Below the pieces are notes generated by a model, which was not told the origin of the DNA, did not search any database, and was given only the letters and a program-made list of their open reading frames with translations. A DNA stretch of 64,000 nt. Source: Squalus acanthias (lineage: Eukaryota). Position numbers and translations under genes: made by a program. Shown here piece by piece: positions 45,848 through 58,514 of this stretch. Position 1 is the first letter of the stretch, and each line of letters opens with the position of its first letter. The DNA lies in the NCBI GenBank assembly GCA_030390025.1, contig CM059432.1, positions 31,684,001 to 31,748,000 on the forward strand, written 5' to 3'.

Positions 45848-46358
45848 GGAACATAGGAACAGGAGTAGGCCATTCAGCCCCTCGAGCCTGTTCCGTCGTT
45901 CAATGAGATCATGGCTGATCTGCGACCCAACTCCATATACCCTCCTTTGGCCCATATCCCTTAATACCTTTGGTTAACAAAAGGCTATCAATCTCCGATT
46001 TAAAATTAACAATTGATCTAGCATCAATTGCCGTTTGCGGAAATGAGTTCCAAACTTCTACCACCCTTTGTGTGAAGAAGTGTTTCCAAAGTTCACTCCT
46101 GAAAAGTCTGGCTCTAATTTTTAGACTATGCCCCCTAGTCCGAGAATCTCCAACCAGCGGAAATAGTTTCTTTCTACTACCCTATCTGTTCCCCTTAATA
46201 TCCTGAAAACTTCAATCAGATCACCCCTTAACCTTCTAAATTCTAGGGAACACAACCCTAATTTGTGTAATCTCTCCTCGTAACTTAACCCTTGAAGTCT
46301 GGGTATCATTCTGGTAAACCTACGCTGCACACCCTCCAAGGCCAATATATCCTTCCTA
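45848..46358 (-). mobile_element. CR1 3' fragment nested in the Harbinger remnant
   Basis: ORF 46121-46375 reads RKDILALEGVQRRFTRMIP..LEFRRLRGDLIEVF, followed by a CR1 3' UTR. Confidence 0.88.
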
Positions 46359-48389
46359 CGGTGTGGCTGCAGCATGACTGGTGGAAGGCTACTGATTTCA
46401 GTGGAGGAGACTGCAGATGGCCCTGGAGGACGACCTCAAGTAGCTTTGTGCCTAGAAGGTCCGGCTGTGGACTTCGCCATCTCAGCATGGGCGGCAGCAG
46501 TCCAGTCTGGCTGGCTGACAGGCAACAGCAAGGGCAGTGGTGGGAGTACAAATGCTGTCATCCTGAGAGAGGACAGCAGGTTCGTTCTCCATGGAGCCAC
46601 TGCCACTCCGCTGGGGCGGCACCTCAGCAATCCTAATAATCTGTTGGAGGACAGATTGCTGGACTGCTGTGACACACTGCTCCCTGTGGATAGAGGACCT
46701 CTCTCCTCCTGTCCACCTCCTCCACCAAGGCCTCCAGTGCAGCATCTGAGAACCCTGGAGCACACTCTCTCCCCTGTTGTGCCATTAGTGTCTTCTTGCA
46801 GGTCAGACTCTCTTCCCCAGCCACTGCCCCAGCCAGAATGCTCCTCCCCTTTATGAAGTGCAGGCTAGCTTTAAGTGGTGCTAGCCTGGCATGAACCTGG
46901 GCCCCATGCTGAGGCGTGCAGCCACTCAAGCGTGTTTAGTGCTGGGCTGCACGTTGCAATCATTTAAATTAGCAGGCAGCACGAAGTTTGCGTGCTGCCT
47001 GCATCGGACTCAACGGGCGCGGACTAATTGCGCATCACGATACCTGTGTCCGTTTTCAGGGGTTTATCAAATTTATCCCCTTTTAACTTTATAGCACAGA
47101 GAGACCATGATCTGATGGTGGTGATGAATGATGAGCATCATCAGGATTTTCTGATTTTACTTTGCCAAGGATTGTTATGATGCCCATGCCAAAAACAGTC
47201 TTTTTCTTGGTAAAAACTCCCATGCTATACACATCATGTTCACCATCTTAAAATTAGAGCCAGGCCATTTAGAAGTGAAATCAGGAAGCCCTTTTTTCAC
47301 ACAAGGGTAGTGGAAATCTGGCACTCACTCCCCCAAAAGGCTGTGGATGCTAGAATTGAAATTTAAGATCGAGAGCAACAGATGTTTGTTAAGTGATATG
47401 GATCTAATGAGTGAGAATGGATTTGAGGTACACATCAGCCATGGTCCATGATCTAATTGAATGGTGGAACAGGCTGAGGGGCTGAATGGCCTACTCCTGT
47501 TCCTATATATCACACTATCGATCACCATTTAGCCTCAAATATGAAGTATGATGAGGTACTGCAGAGTGTCTGGTGTCCATGGAACCATATCCCAGTCAAC
47601 AGTCAGAAAAGAAGGGGAGAAATTTGGATAGGGGAGATTTATTTTACAATAGAAGCCTATGCATTAAAAAATCAGTTAATCCTGTCACCCAAATGGTGTA
47701 AAATTTGTAGAATTCTTGAAGTTTTCAACACAGGAGACCATTCGGCCCGTGTACCTGTACTAGCTCTCTGAAAAAGCTATACACTCAGTCCCATTCCCCT
47801 GCCCTTGCTACATACCATTCTAAATTTTTCTTTTACAAATTTACCCCCTTCTCGTTCAAAAACTATTACAGATTCTGCTTCCACCTCTGTTTCTGGTAGG
47901 GCCTCCACGTCATAACAACGCTCTGTATGTAAAATAATTATTAATTCTCCTAAATTATACCATTATTCTTTTGGTGATAATCCTAAAATTATCCCCTCGA
48001 GTTACTGACTCACCAACCAGTGGAAATGGTTTTTCCCAATTTACCTTATCAAAGCCTCTCGTAATTTTGTACGGAGTTATCAGCAGTAGTATAAATTATC
48101 CCTTTAAATGGGTATAACCTTTATTGAAAAATGGCTGTGTTTGGTAAACATCAGGCTGCAATGATACAAGTGACGGCAGAATGAGTTGTTGCGTCACAAA
48201 GACGCCAATTAGGACAAAACATACGGGTCTGTCTCTAGGTATAAAGAGAGGTCTCTTAACTGAACAGTCTCACTAAGTGATTAATGTGAGCGATAGTTCA
48301 CCATAGTGTTCTCTAAATTGTGTGTCTAATTATTATATCAAATTGACCAGCATTAAGAGGGATTGGCAGAAACACAGCTGTTATCTGAA

Positions 48390-51096
48390 GTAACTCTATT
48401 GGACGGAGTATCAATCAGGAAATAGTTGAGGCATGTAATAAGGGAACATCTATAATTATGGGGGATTTTAACTATCATATTAATTGGACAAATCAAATGG
48501 GGCAGGGCTGCCTTGAGGATGAGTTCATTGAGTGTATTAGGGATGGGTTTCTTGAGCAGTATGTAACTGAACCGACCAGGGGGCAAGCAACCTTAGATCT
48601 GGTCCTGTGTAACGAGACAGGATTAATTAAAAATGTCCTAGTAAAGGATCCCCTTGGAATGAGTGACCATAACATGGTTGAATTCCATATTCAATTAGAG
48701 GGTGAGAAGGTTGGATCTCAAACAAGCGTGCTAAGCTTGAATAAAGGAGACTATGAAGGTATGCGAGCGGAATTGAGTAGAGTGGATTGGGAAAATAGAT
48801 TAAAGGGTAAGACGACACATGATCAGTGGTGTACATTCAAGGAGTTATTTTACAACTTCCAAAAAAAATATATTCCACTGAAAAAAAAGGGTGTAAAAGA
48901 AAGGACAGTCATCCGTGGCTAAGTAAAGAAATTAAGGATAGTATTCGACTAAAAACAAGGGCATATAGGGTAGCGAAATCTAGTGGGAGGACAGAGGATT
49001 GGGAAAACTTTAAAAGGCAGCAAAAAATAACAAAAAGATTGATTAAGAAAGGGAAGATAGATTATGAAAGTAAATTAGCAAAAAATATAAAAACAGATAG
49101 TAAGAGTTTTTATAGTTATATAAAAAGAAAAAGGGTGGCTAAAGTAAATGTTGGTCCCTTGGAGGATGAGACCGGGAAATTAATGGTGGGAAATATGGAG
49201 ATGGCAAAAACACTGAATGAATATTTTGTATCAGTCTTTACAGTAGAGGACACTAAGAATATCCCAACACTGGACAAACAGGGGGCTATAGGGGGAGAGG
49301 AGCTAAACACGATCAAAATCACTAAGGAAGTGGTACTCGGTAAAATAATGGGACTCAAGGCGGATAAATCACCTGGACCTGATGGCTTACATCCTAGAGT
49401 CTTGAAGGAAGTGGCGGTAGGGATTGTAGATGCATTGGTAATAATTTTTCAAAACTCCCTGGATTCCGCTAAGGTCCCGGCAGACTGGAAAACTGCTAAT
49501 GTAACACCCTTATTTAAAAAGGGCAGTAGACAGAAGGCTGGTAACTATAGACCGGTTAGCCTAACATCTGTGGTAGGCAAAATTTTGGAGTCCATTATTA
49601 AGGAAACAGTAACAAGACATTTGGATAATCATAATTTAATAGGACAAAGTCAGCATGGTTTTACGAAGGGGAAGTCATGTTTGACAAATTTGCTGGAGTT
49701 CTTTGAGGAAGTAACATATAGAGTGGATAAAGGGGAACCAGTGGACGTAGTGTATTTAGACTTCCAAAAGGCATTTGACAAGGTGCCACACAAAAGATTA
49801 TTGCTTAAGGTAAAAAATCACGGGATTGGGGGTAATATTCTGGCATGGATAGAGGATTGGCTATCTAACAGAAAGCAAAGAGTTGGGATAAATGGTTCAT
49901 TCTCAGACTGGCAATCAGTAACTAGTGGTGTTCCACAGGGGTCAGTGCTGGGTCCCCAACTCTTCACAATCTATATTAACGATTTGGAGGAAGGGACCAA
50001 GTGTAACATATCAAAATTTGCAGATGATACAAAGATGGGAGGGAAAGTAGTGAGTGAGGAGGACATAAAAAACCTGCAAGGGGACATAGACAGGCTAAGT
50101 AAGTGGGCAGAGATTTGGCAGATGGAATACAGCACTGGAAAGTGTGAGGTGATGCACTTTGGCAGGAAAAATCCTAGAGCAATTTATTATCTTAATGGCA
50201 AGAAACTGGAGAGTACTGAAGTGCAAAGGGATCTGGGGGTCCTGGTGCACGAAACTCAAAAGGTTAGTATGCAGGTGCAGCAAGTGATTAAGAAGGCAAA
50301 TGGAATGTTGGCTTTCATTGCTAGGGGGATAGAATATAAAAATAGGGAGGTATTGCTTCAGTTGTACAAGGTATTGGTGAGACCGCACCTGGAATACTGC
50401 ATACAGTTTTGGTGTCCTTACTTAAGGAAAGACATCCTTGCTCTCGAGGCAGTGCAAAAAAGGTTCACTCGGTTAATCCCGGAGATGAGGGGGTGGTCAT
50501 ATGAGGAGAGGTTGGGTAGATTGGGACTCTACTCATTGGAGTTCAGAAGAATGAGAGGCGATCTTATTGAAACATATAAGATTATGAAGGGGTTGGATCG
50601 GGTGGATGCGGGGAGGATGTTCCCGATGACGGGTGAGACGAGAACTAGGGGACATAGTCTTAGAATAAGGGGCTGCTCTTTCAAAACTGAGATGAGGAGG
50701 AACTACTTCACTCAGAGGGTGGTAGGTCCATGGAATATGCTGCCACAAAAAGCTGTAGAAGCTACAACATTAATTAAATTTAAAACAGAAATAGACAGTT
50801 TCCTAGAAGTAAAGGGCATTAAGGGTTACGGGGAGCGGGCAGGAATTTGGACATGAGTCTAGGTTCGGATCGGTCATGGCCCTGTGGGTAGTGGACCGGG
50901 CCCAGGGACTGTGTAGCCTGATTCTGCTCCTATTTCGTGTGTGCAATTCTGTTAGATGCAGGAGATGTTTCTGTGATAGATAGTAGATTGGCGGTTAGGA
51001 TCAGATCAGCCATGATCTTATTGAATGGCGGAGCAGGCTCGATGGGCCGATTGGCCTACTCCTGCTCCTATTTCTTATGTTCTTATGTTCTTATGT
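48390..51096 (+). mobile_element. Young 5'-truncated CR1-type LINE (partial APE endonuclease and intact RT)
   Basis: ORF 48458-48922 (GDFNY..LDLVL..SDHNMV) shifts frame at an A-run near 48880-48890 into the 676-aa ORF 48826-50856 ([24 protein letters not shown]). (TTCTTATG)n tail. Confidence 0.95.
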
Positions 51097-54000
51097 AATT
51101 AAAGTGCTTTGGAGACTTTAGACTTAAAGCCCACTACAGTTTTTAATCAACATTTTATCAAAATTCCCTTTGCTCAGAGTGATAAGATGGGCTTTGTATT
51201 TTTCCCTCTACTCATAAGGAAGCTGACTCCCAAATACAGGCCTCAAACCTAAATCCTGATTTTATGTGGAAATAAAATTGTGTCCAAACTGATCCTCATC
51301 CCTCTGCCCTCTTATTCTCCACTCAATGTCTAGTAACACTGTTTATACAAAGGAATCAAAGTGTGACGCAAATACATTAAATCTGACATTCAGTAAATGT
51401 ATGTTTATGTTGGTTGCATTCTGCGCATTATTGGAAACCATTGGCTGAATCCTTTAACCCTTCGACGACTGAATCTATTACAGTTTCCATCTTTTTCATT
51501 GTGTTCCAACACAATTTTGTTTGTGCGTGTATGAATTTTATGCTGATCAGGTTAAGGGATATTATTGCTGTGAAGGGAACTATTCACTTCAGACATCCAG
51601 TATCCTGCACCAAGCACATGAAGCTCTTGCTGGGCTGGAGTATCAGATGGATTCAGAGTAAAGCTCCTTCCAATAAGCAACCCAGGGCCAGGTTAGGCAC
51701 AATGGTTAGTTCATTCTGCACTGTCTCATCAATATCAGGTACAGCATCAATTGATGCATAATAAAGTTCCTTCTAGTCTGCTCCAATAATGTACTTCAAC
51801 CCAATAAGTGATCCCATAGCATTTCTCCATTTCCCATACCAGCCATCGTGTGTCCTTGCAATATAGGATTTCAAATTACTGTCAAATAAGGAGAATGTTG
51901 GGCCTAAGGGCCCACACTCACTAGAAATTGGGTCAAGAGTGCCCATAATTATATCACAATTTACAGAGGAGACTTACATATATCATCAATATGGGCTGGA
52001 CTTGAACCCAGTGCCAGACATGGATCTGCAGAATTTTATAGCACAGAAGGAGGCCATTGGGCCCATCGCATCAGTGTTGGCTCTGTGGAAAATCCACCTC
52101 GTGGATCATGCCCTTTCAATTTTTTCTTTTTCAAATATTTATTCACCTTTTTAAAAACGATTGTGGATTCTGTTTCTACTACTGTTTCTGGTCAGGCATA
52201 TTATGCTGTGCTGTGCTGTGCCATGCCATGGGATGGCAAGTTGGCGTGTCTGCGGGTGCAGTTTCCCATAGTGTGACTTTCTGATTAACTGGAGAAAGAA
52301 AGAGAGAGAGAGAGAAACTAAGGGTGAGTCATCGCAGACCACACGGGCACATTTGTTGGACACAGGATATGGTGTGACCTTTTCAGTACGGAGCACTAAT
52401 GAATTGTCACTCATCTCATCTTTGTTTTCAAATCCCTCCATGGCCTTTCCTCCAGCCCTACAACCCACCGAGAAAACGGGTGTAAAATAAAACAAATATT
52501 CCAAACATAGGAAAATTTGAATAAAATACAAGTAAACTTGTTTAGTGAACACGTTATAGAGTTCAAACGTCTGCTCTTGCGCATATTATGCATATCACAC
52601 CTCAAAGAACTTCACCTACAGTATATGACTTTGAAGTGGAGTGTCTGTTGTGTAGACAAATAGAGCAGTCATCCTGCACCAACAATATCCTACAAAGCAC
52701 AATAATAACAACAACCAACTTGCATTTATATAGCGCCTTTAACATAGTAAAACATCCCAAGGCACTTCACAGGAACATTGTCAAACACCGAGCCACAAAA
52801 GGAGATATTAGGACACATGACCAAAAACTTGGTCAAAGTAGGTTTTAAGGAGTGTCTTAAAGGAGGAGAGAGAGGCGGAGAGGCGGAGAGGCTTAGGGAG
52901 AGAATTCCAGAGCTTAGGGCCTAGGCAGCTGAAGGCACGGCCACCAATGTTGGAGCGATTAAAATCAGGGATGCGCAAGAGGCCAGAATTGGAGGAGCGC
53001 AGAGATCTCGGCGGGTTGTAGGGCTGGAGAAGGTTACAGAGATAGGGACGGGAAAGGTCATGGAGGGATTTGAAAACAAGGATGAGATGAATGACAATTC
53101 ATCTGGGTTGTTTTGCTGGCATTGGTTGAGAAAGGAATGCTGCCCAGGACACTGGGAGGATTTCCTGCTCCTCTTCAAATAATATCATGGCTTAACCACC
53201 TGAACAGGCAAACAGGGTGTGTTTAACAACTCAGCTGAAACATAACACCTTCAACAGTGCAGCACTCCCTCTGTACTGCACTGGATTGTCAGTCTAGATT
53301 ATGGGCTCAAACTCTAGAGTAGGACTTGAACCTACAACGTTCACACTCAAAGCCAAGGGTGCCATCAACTGAGCCAAGGTGACACTGCAAACTATATATA
53401 TAGTATGTATATAGGTTTCTTCCCTCACCCAATAGAGTTCCTGGAAAAGACACGGTGAAATTATTATTCGAATAATGTTTCACAGAGTAGTGGCGTAATC
53501 TGAACTACTGCTTTTCTTGATTCCAGTTTTCACCACTTCCCTATTTTATCCAACAGGGTCCTGTAACTAATGCTAAAAATACTGGTCAGAAGGAAGCTTG
53601 TACTGGGCAATGCTGAAACAAAGCAGAAGATGCTGTAAACTCAGGCCAGTCCATCAATGTGTGAGAGAAAAACAGGTCAACTTTTTAGTAGAAAGCCTTC
53701 CTCGGAACTGACTTTGTGGTTTTTTTTGTTTTATCTCTGCAAGCTGCTTCCATTTCAAAGAAGAGCAGGGGAGTCTCCCCGGTGTCCTGACCAATATTTA
53801 TCCCTCAAGCAACATCACTAAAACAGATTATCTGGTCATTATCACATTGCTGTTTGAGGGAGCTTGCTGTCCACATTTTGGCTGTCGCATTTCCTACATT
53901 ACAACAGTGACTGCCCTTCAAAAGTACTTCATTGATTGTATAGCGCTTTGGGACGTCCTCAGATCGTGAAAGGCACTATATAAATGCAAGATCTTTCTTT

Positions 54001-54907
54001 CTTTTGCTGCTGATTTGAAAGGTAACACAACATCAACTACTCTTAAAAGGCCTTTTATATTGTAGGCCTAGTGTCAGGAATGCGGCCTGAGTGCTGCTCT
54101 CCCGAATTTACTCTTAACTTGCACTACCAGATTCCCTGTGAACTGACTGCAGAGACGAAGAGACACCGCAACTTGCTGGTGACAAATTGGCCGTCATGCG
54201 TGCATGGCACAGTGGCCTCATGGCATCATCAACTAGTGCTGCCACAATACACAAAATGAATAGGGCATGAAGTCATGACATCACTGAGGGAGCATGTGTC
54301 GATCACGCTACTGCTGGAGCAGCACATTTACTGGACACAATTAGACCACCAGGAGGTGCTAGGAATTCCAGGGGAAAACAGGTCTTCCTGGTCTCACAAC
54401 ATTTTCATCTGGCTGTTGGCTGCAGGAGATCTGGGCTACAGAGCCAGTGGCAGAAGAACAATATAAAGGAAGGAAGGAATTTGCTTTTACATAGCACCTT
54501 TCATATCCTCATGACATCCCAAGCAGTTTATAGCTATTGAAGTACTTTTTAAATGTAGTCACAGCTATTGTGTAGACATTGTGCACTGCAAAGTCCCACC
54601 AACAGCAATGAGATAATTGACTAGTTAATCTATTTTGGTGGTATTGATTGACGGATGAACACAGGAATCCCGCCCCAACTGCGGTTTTGCCATACGCGGA
54701 TTTCAAGTATACACGGTTTCCTCTCTGCGACAACTTTTGCCAACCACGGCAGTGAATTTTGCGTATATGCGGTTTTTAATTTAGGATTAAGGTAAATAAC
54801 ATGATTTTATTGCTTTTACATTCTTTTTTATTGTGTTATTTGAACATTTATACTGTATTTGCCAAACGCGGTTTGACTAACCACGGGGGTTTTCAGGGAC
54901 GTATCCC

Positions 54908-57900
54908 GTTTTGGATAATGATGGGGGAGAGGGTTTCTCAGGGGAATGCAGCAAGAGCCAAGTCCGTGGCACTACGACTGGCTCAGCTGCACAGGAGGGG
55001 AGAAAAAAGAGTGGGAGAGCAATAGTGATAGGGGATTCTATCGTAAGGGGAACAGATAGACGTTTCTGTGGCCGCAGACGTGACTCCAGGATGGTATGTT
55101 GCCTCCCTGGTGCCAGGGTCAAGGATGTCACTGAACGGCTGCAGGGCATTCTGAAGGGGGAGGGCGAATAGTCAGAGGTCGTGGTTCACATTGGTACCAA
55201 CGACATGGGTAGAAAGAGGGATGAGTCCTGCAACAAGAATTTAGGGAACTAGGTAGCAGATTAAAAAGCAGGACCTCAAAGTTTGCAATCTCTGGATTAC
55301 TCCCAATGCCACGTGCTAGTGAGTATAGGAATAGGAGGATAGAGCAGATGAATGCATGGCTAAAGAGTTGGTGCAGGAGGGAGGGCTTTAGTTTCCTGGA
55401 TCACTGGGTCTGCTTCTGGGGAAGGTGGGACCTGTACAAGTTGGACGGGTTGCACCTGAACCGGAACGGGACCAACATCCTTGCGGGGAGGTTTGCTAGT
55501 ACTGTTGGGGGGGGGTTTAAACTAACTTGGCAGGGGGATGGGATACGGAGTGGAGCTATAGTAGGGGGTGATGCACAGCCAAATATAGAGGAAAAAACAA
55601 GTCAGCCTGGAAGGCAGAGCAAATATGTAACGGCACAAAGGAGTATGGCAAGGCTGGATGGCATTTATTTTAATGCAAGGGGTCTTGCAAGTAAGGCAGA
55701 TGAATTGAAGGTGTTGATGAACACATGGGAGTATGATATTGTTGCTATCACAGAGACATGGTTGAGGGAGGGGCAGGACTGGCAGCTCAATATTCCGGGG
55801 TATAGAATCTTCAGGCGAGACAGAGGTGGGTATAAAAGAGGAGGGGGTGTCGCAATATTAATCAAGGAGTTCATTACTGCTGTATGGAGGGATGATATCT
55901 TAGCAGGTTCCTCTAATGATGCCATATGGGTAGAACCTAAAAACAAAAAGGGGGCAAGCACTTTAGGCTATAGGCCCCCAAACAGTCAGGGGGAGATAGA
56001 GGAACAGACATGTAGGCAAATCTCAGAGAAGTGTAGAAATGATAGGGTAATAATAGTCGGGGATTTCAACATCCCCAATATTAACTGGGATCGTCAGAGT
56101 GTGAAAGGCTTAGAGGGTGCGGAATTCTTAAAGTGCATCCAGGAGAGCTTTTTGAGCCAGCATGTAGAAAGTCCTACAAGAGAGGAGGCGGTACTGGACC
56201 TAATTCTAGGGAATGTAGCCGGGCAAGTGGTAGAAGTGTTAGTAGGAGAGCATTTTGGTGACAGTGACCATAATTCAATGAGATTTAAGGTAGTCATGAA
56301 AAAGGACAAAGATGGACCGGAAATAAAGGTTCTAAATTGGGGGAAGGCCGATTTTAATATGATAAGGCAGGATCTGGCCAAAGTGGACTGGGATCAGCTA
56401 CTTGTAGGAAAATCCACATCAGAGCAGTGGGAGTCTTTCAGAAAGGAAAGAGAGAGAGTACAATGGCAACATGTTCCCGTAAAGGTCAAGGGTGGGACCA
56501 ACAAGCCCAGGGAACCCTGGATGTCAAAGGATATACGACAATGGATTAGGAAAAAAAGGGAGGCTTTTGGCAGATACAAAGGACTAAAAACAGTGGAAGC
56601 CCTAGAGGAGTGTAGAAAGTGCAGGGGGGTACTTAAAAAAGAAATTAGGAGAGCGAAGAGGGGGCATGAAATAACACTGGCGGGCAAAATAAAGGAAAAT
56701 CCCAAGGTGTTTTATAAGTATATTAAGAGGATAACCAGAGAAAGAGTAGGGCCCGTTAGGGACCAAAGTGGCAATCTGTGTGTAGAGCCAGAAGATGTAG
56801 GTGGGGTTTTAAATGAATATTTTGCATCTGTGTTCACTATGGAGAAGGACGATGTAGGCATAGAAATCAGGCAGGGGGATTGTGATATACTTGAACAAAT
56901 TAGTATTGAGAGGGAGGAGGTACTAGCGGTTTTAGCAGGCTTAAAAGTGGATCAATCCCCAGGCCCAGACGAGATGTATCCCAGGCTGCTGTGTGAGGCA
57001 AGGGAGGAGATTGCAGGGGCTCTAACACAAATTTTCAGAACCTCTCTGGCCACAGGGGAGGTGCCAGAGGACTGGAGAACAGCTAACGTAGTACCATTAT
57101 TCAAGAAGGGTAGTAGGGATAAACCAAGGAATTACAGGCCAGTGAGCCTAACATCAGTGGTAGGGAAAGTATTGGAAAAAATTCTGAGGGACAGAATTAG
57201 TCTCCACTTGGAGAGGCAAGGATTAATCAAGGATAGTCAGCATGGCTTTGTTAGGGGGAGATCATGTCTGACCAATTTGATTGAATTTTTTGAGGGGGTG
57301 ACTAGGTGTGTGGATGAGGGTAGTGCAGTTGATGTGGTCTACATGGACTTCAGTAAGGCTTTTGACAAAGTCCCGCATGGGAGACTGGTCAAGAAGATAA
57401 AAGCCCATGGGATCCAGGGCAACTTGGCACATTGGATCCAAAATTGGCTTAGTGGCAGGAGGCAGAGGGTGATGGTCGAAGGTTGTTTTTGTGACTGGAA
57501 GCCTGTGTTCAGTGGTGTACCGCAGTGATCGGTCCTGGGTCCTTTGCTGTTTGTAGTGTACATTAATGATTTAGATATGAATGTAGGAGGTATGATCAGT
57601 AAGTTTGCAGATGACACGAAAATTGGTGGGGTGGTAAATAGCGAGGAGGGAAGCCTCAGGCTACAGGACGATATAGACGGGTTGGTCAGATGGGCAGAAC
57701 AGTGGCAAATGGAATTTAACCCTGAAAAGTGTGAGGTGATGCATTTTGGGAGGAATAACAAGGCAAGGGAATACACAATGAATGGTAGGACCCTAGGAAG
57801 GACAGAGGATCAGAGGGACCTTGGCGTGCATGTACATAGATCCCTGAAGGCAGCAGGACAGGTAGATAAGGTGGTTAAAAAGGCATATGGGATACTTGCC

Positions 57901-58514
57901 TTCATTAGCCGAAGCATAGAATATAAGAGCAGGGTGGTTATGATGGAACTGTACATAACGCTAGTTAGGCCACAGCTGGAATACTGTGTGCAGTTCTGGT
58001 TGCCACACTATAGGAAGGATGTGATTGCATTGGAGAGGGTTCAGAGGAGATTCACCAGGATGTTACTTGGCTGCAGCGCTTCAGCTATGAAGAGAGACTG
58101 GACAGGCTGGGGTTGTTTTCCTTAGAGCAGAGAAGGCTGAGGGGGGACCTGATTGAGGTGTACAAAATTATGAGGGGCATAGATAGGGTAGATAGAAAGG
58201 AACTTTTCCCCTTCGTAGAGGGGTCAATAACCAGGGGGCATACTTTCAAGGTAAGGGGCAGGAGGTTTAGAGGGGATTTGAGGAAAATCTTTTTCACCCA
58301 GAGGGTGGTTGGAATCTGGAACTCACTGCCTGAAAGGGTGGTAGAGGCAGGAACCCTCACAACATTCAAGAAGCATTTAGATGAGCACTTGAAACGCCAT
58401 AACATACAAGGCTACGGACCAAGTGCTGGAAAGTGGGATTAAAATAGACAGGGCTTGATGGCCGGCACAGACACGATGGGCCGAAGGGCCTCTTTCTGTG
58501 CTGTATAACTCTAT
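54908..58514 (+). mobile_element. Long CR1-type LINE: ORF1 SGNH/GDSL esterase part, APE endonuclease and RT, with disabling mutations
   Basis: Esterase motifs IVIGDSIVR, HIGTND and DGLHL. APE motifs YFNARGL, AITETWL and SDHN. RT motif KFADD. Stops at 55169-55171 and 57526-57528, frameshifts near 55225 and 58070. (GACTCTAT) tail. Confidence 0.93.

Larger units (their letters stand above)
43923..47080. mobile_element. Old, degenerate Harbinger element (transposase remnant on +, Myb-like remnant on -)
   Basis: Plus-strand remnants [23 protein letters not shown] (about 44900-45000), [11 protein letters not shown] (about 45215) and IEHTIGVLKQ.F.CLD. Minus-strand APGFSDAALEALVEEV..RREVLYP (about 46680-46785). 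Ends are approximate. Confidence 0.8.

Noticed and set aside
51100..54470. Additional host exons downstream of myd88
   Set aside because: Short ORFs show no recognisable protein motifs and the region is mostly repeat remnants; small exons cannot be excluded by eye.
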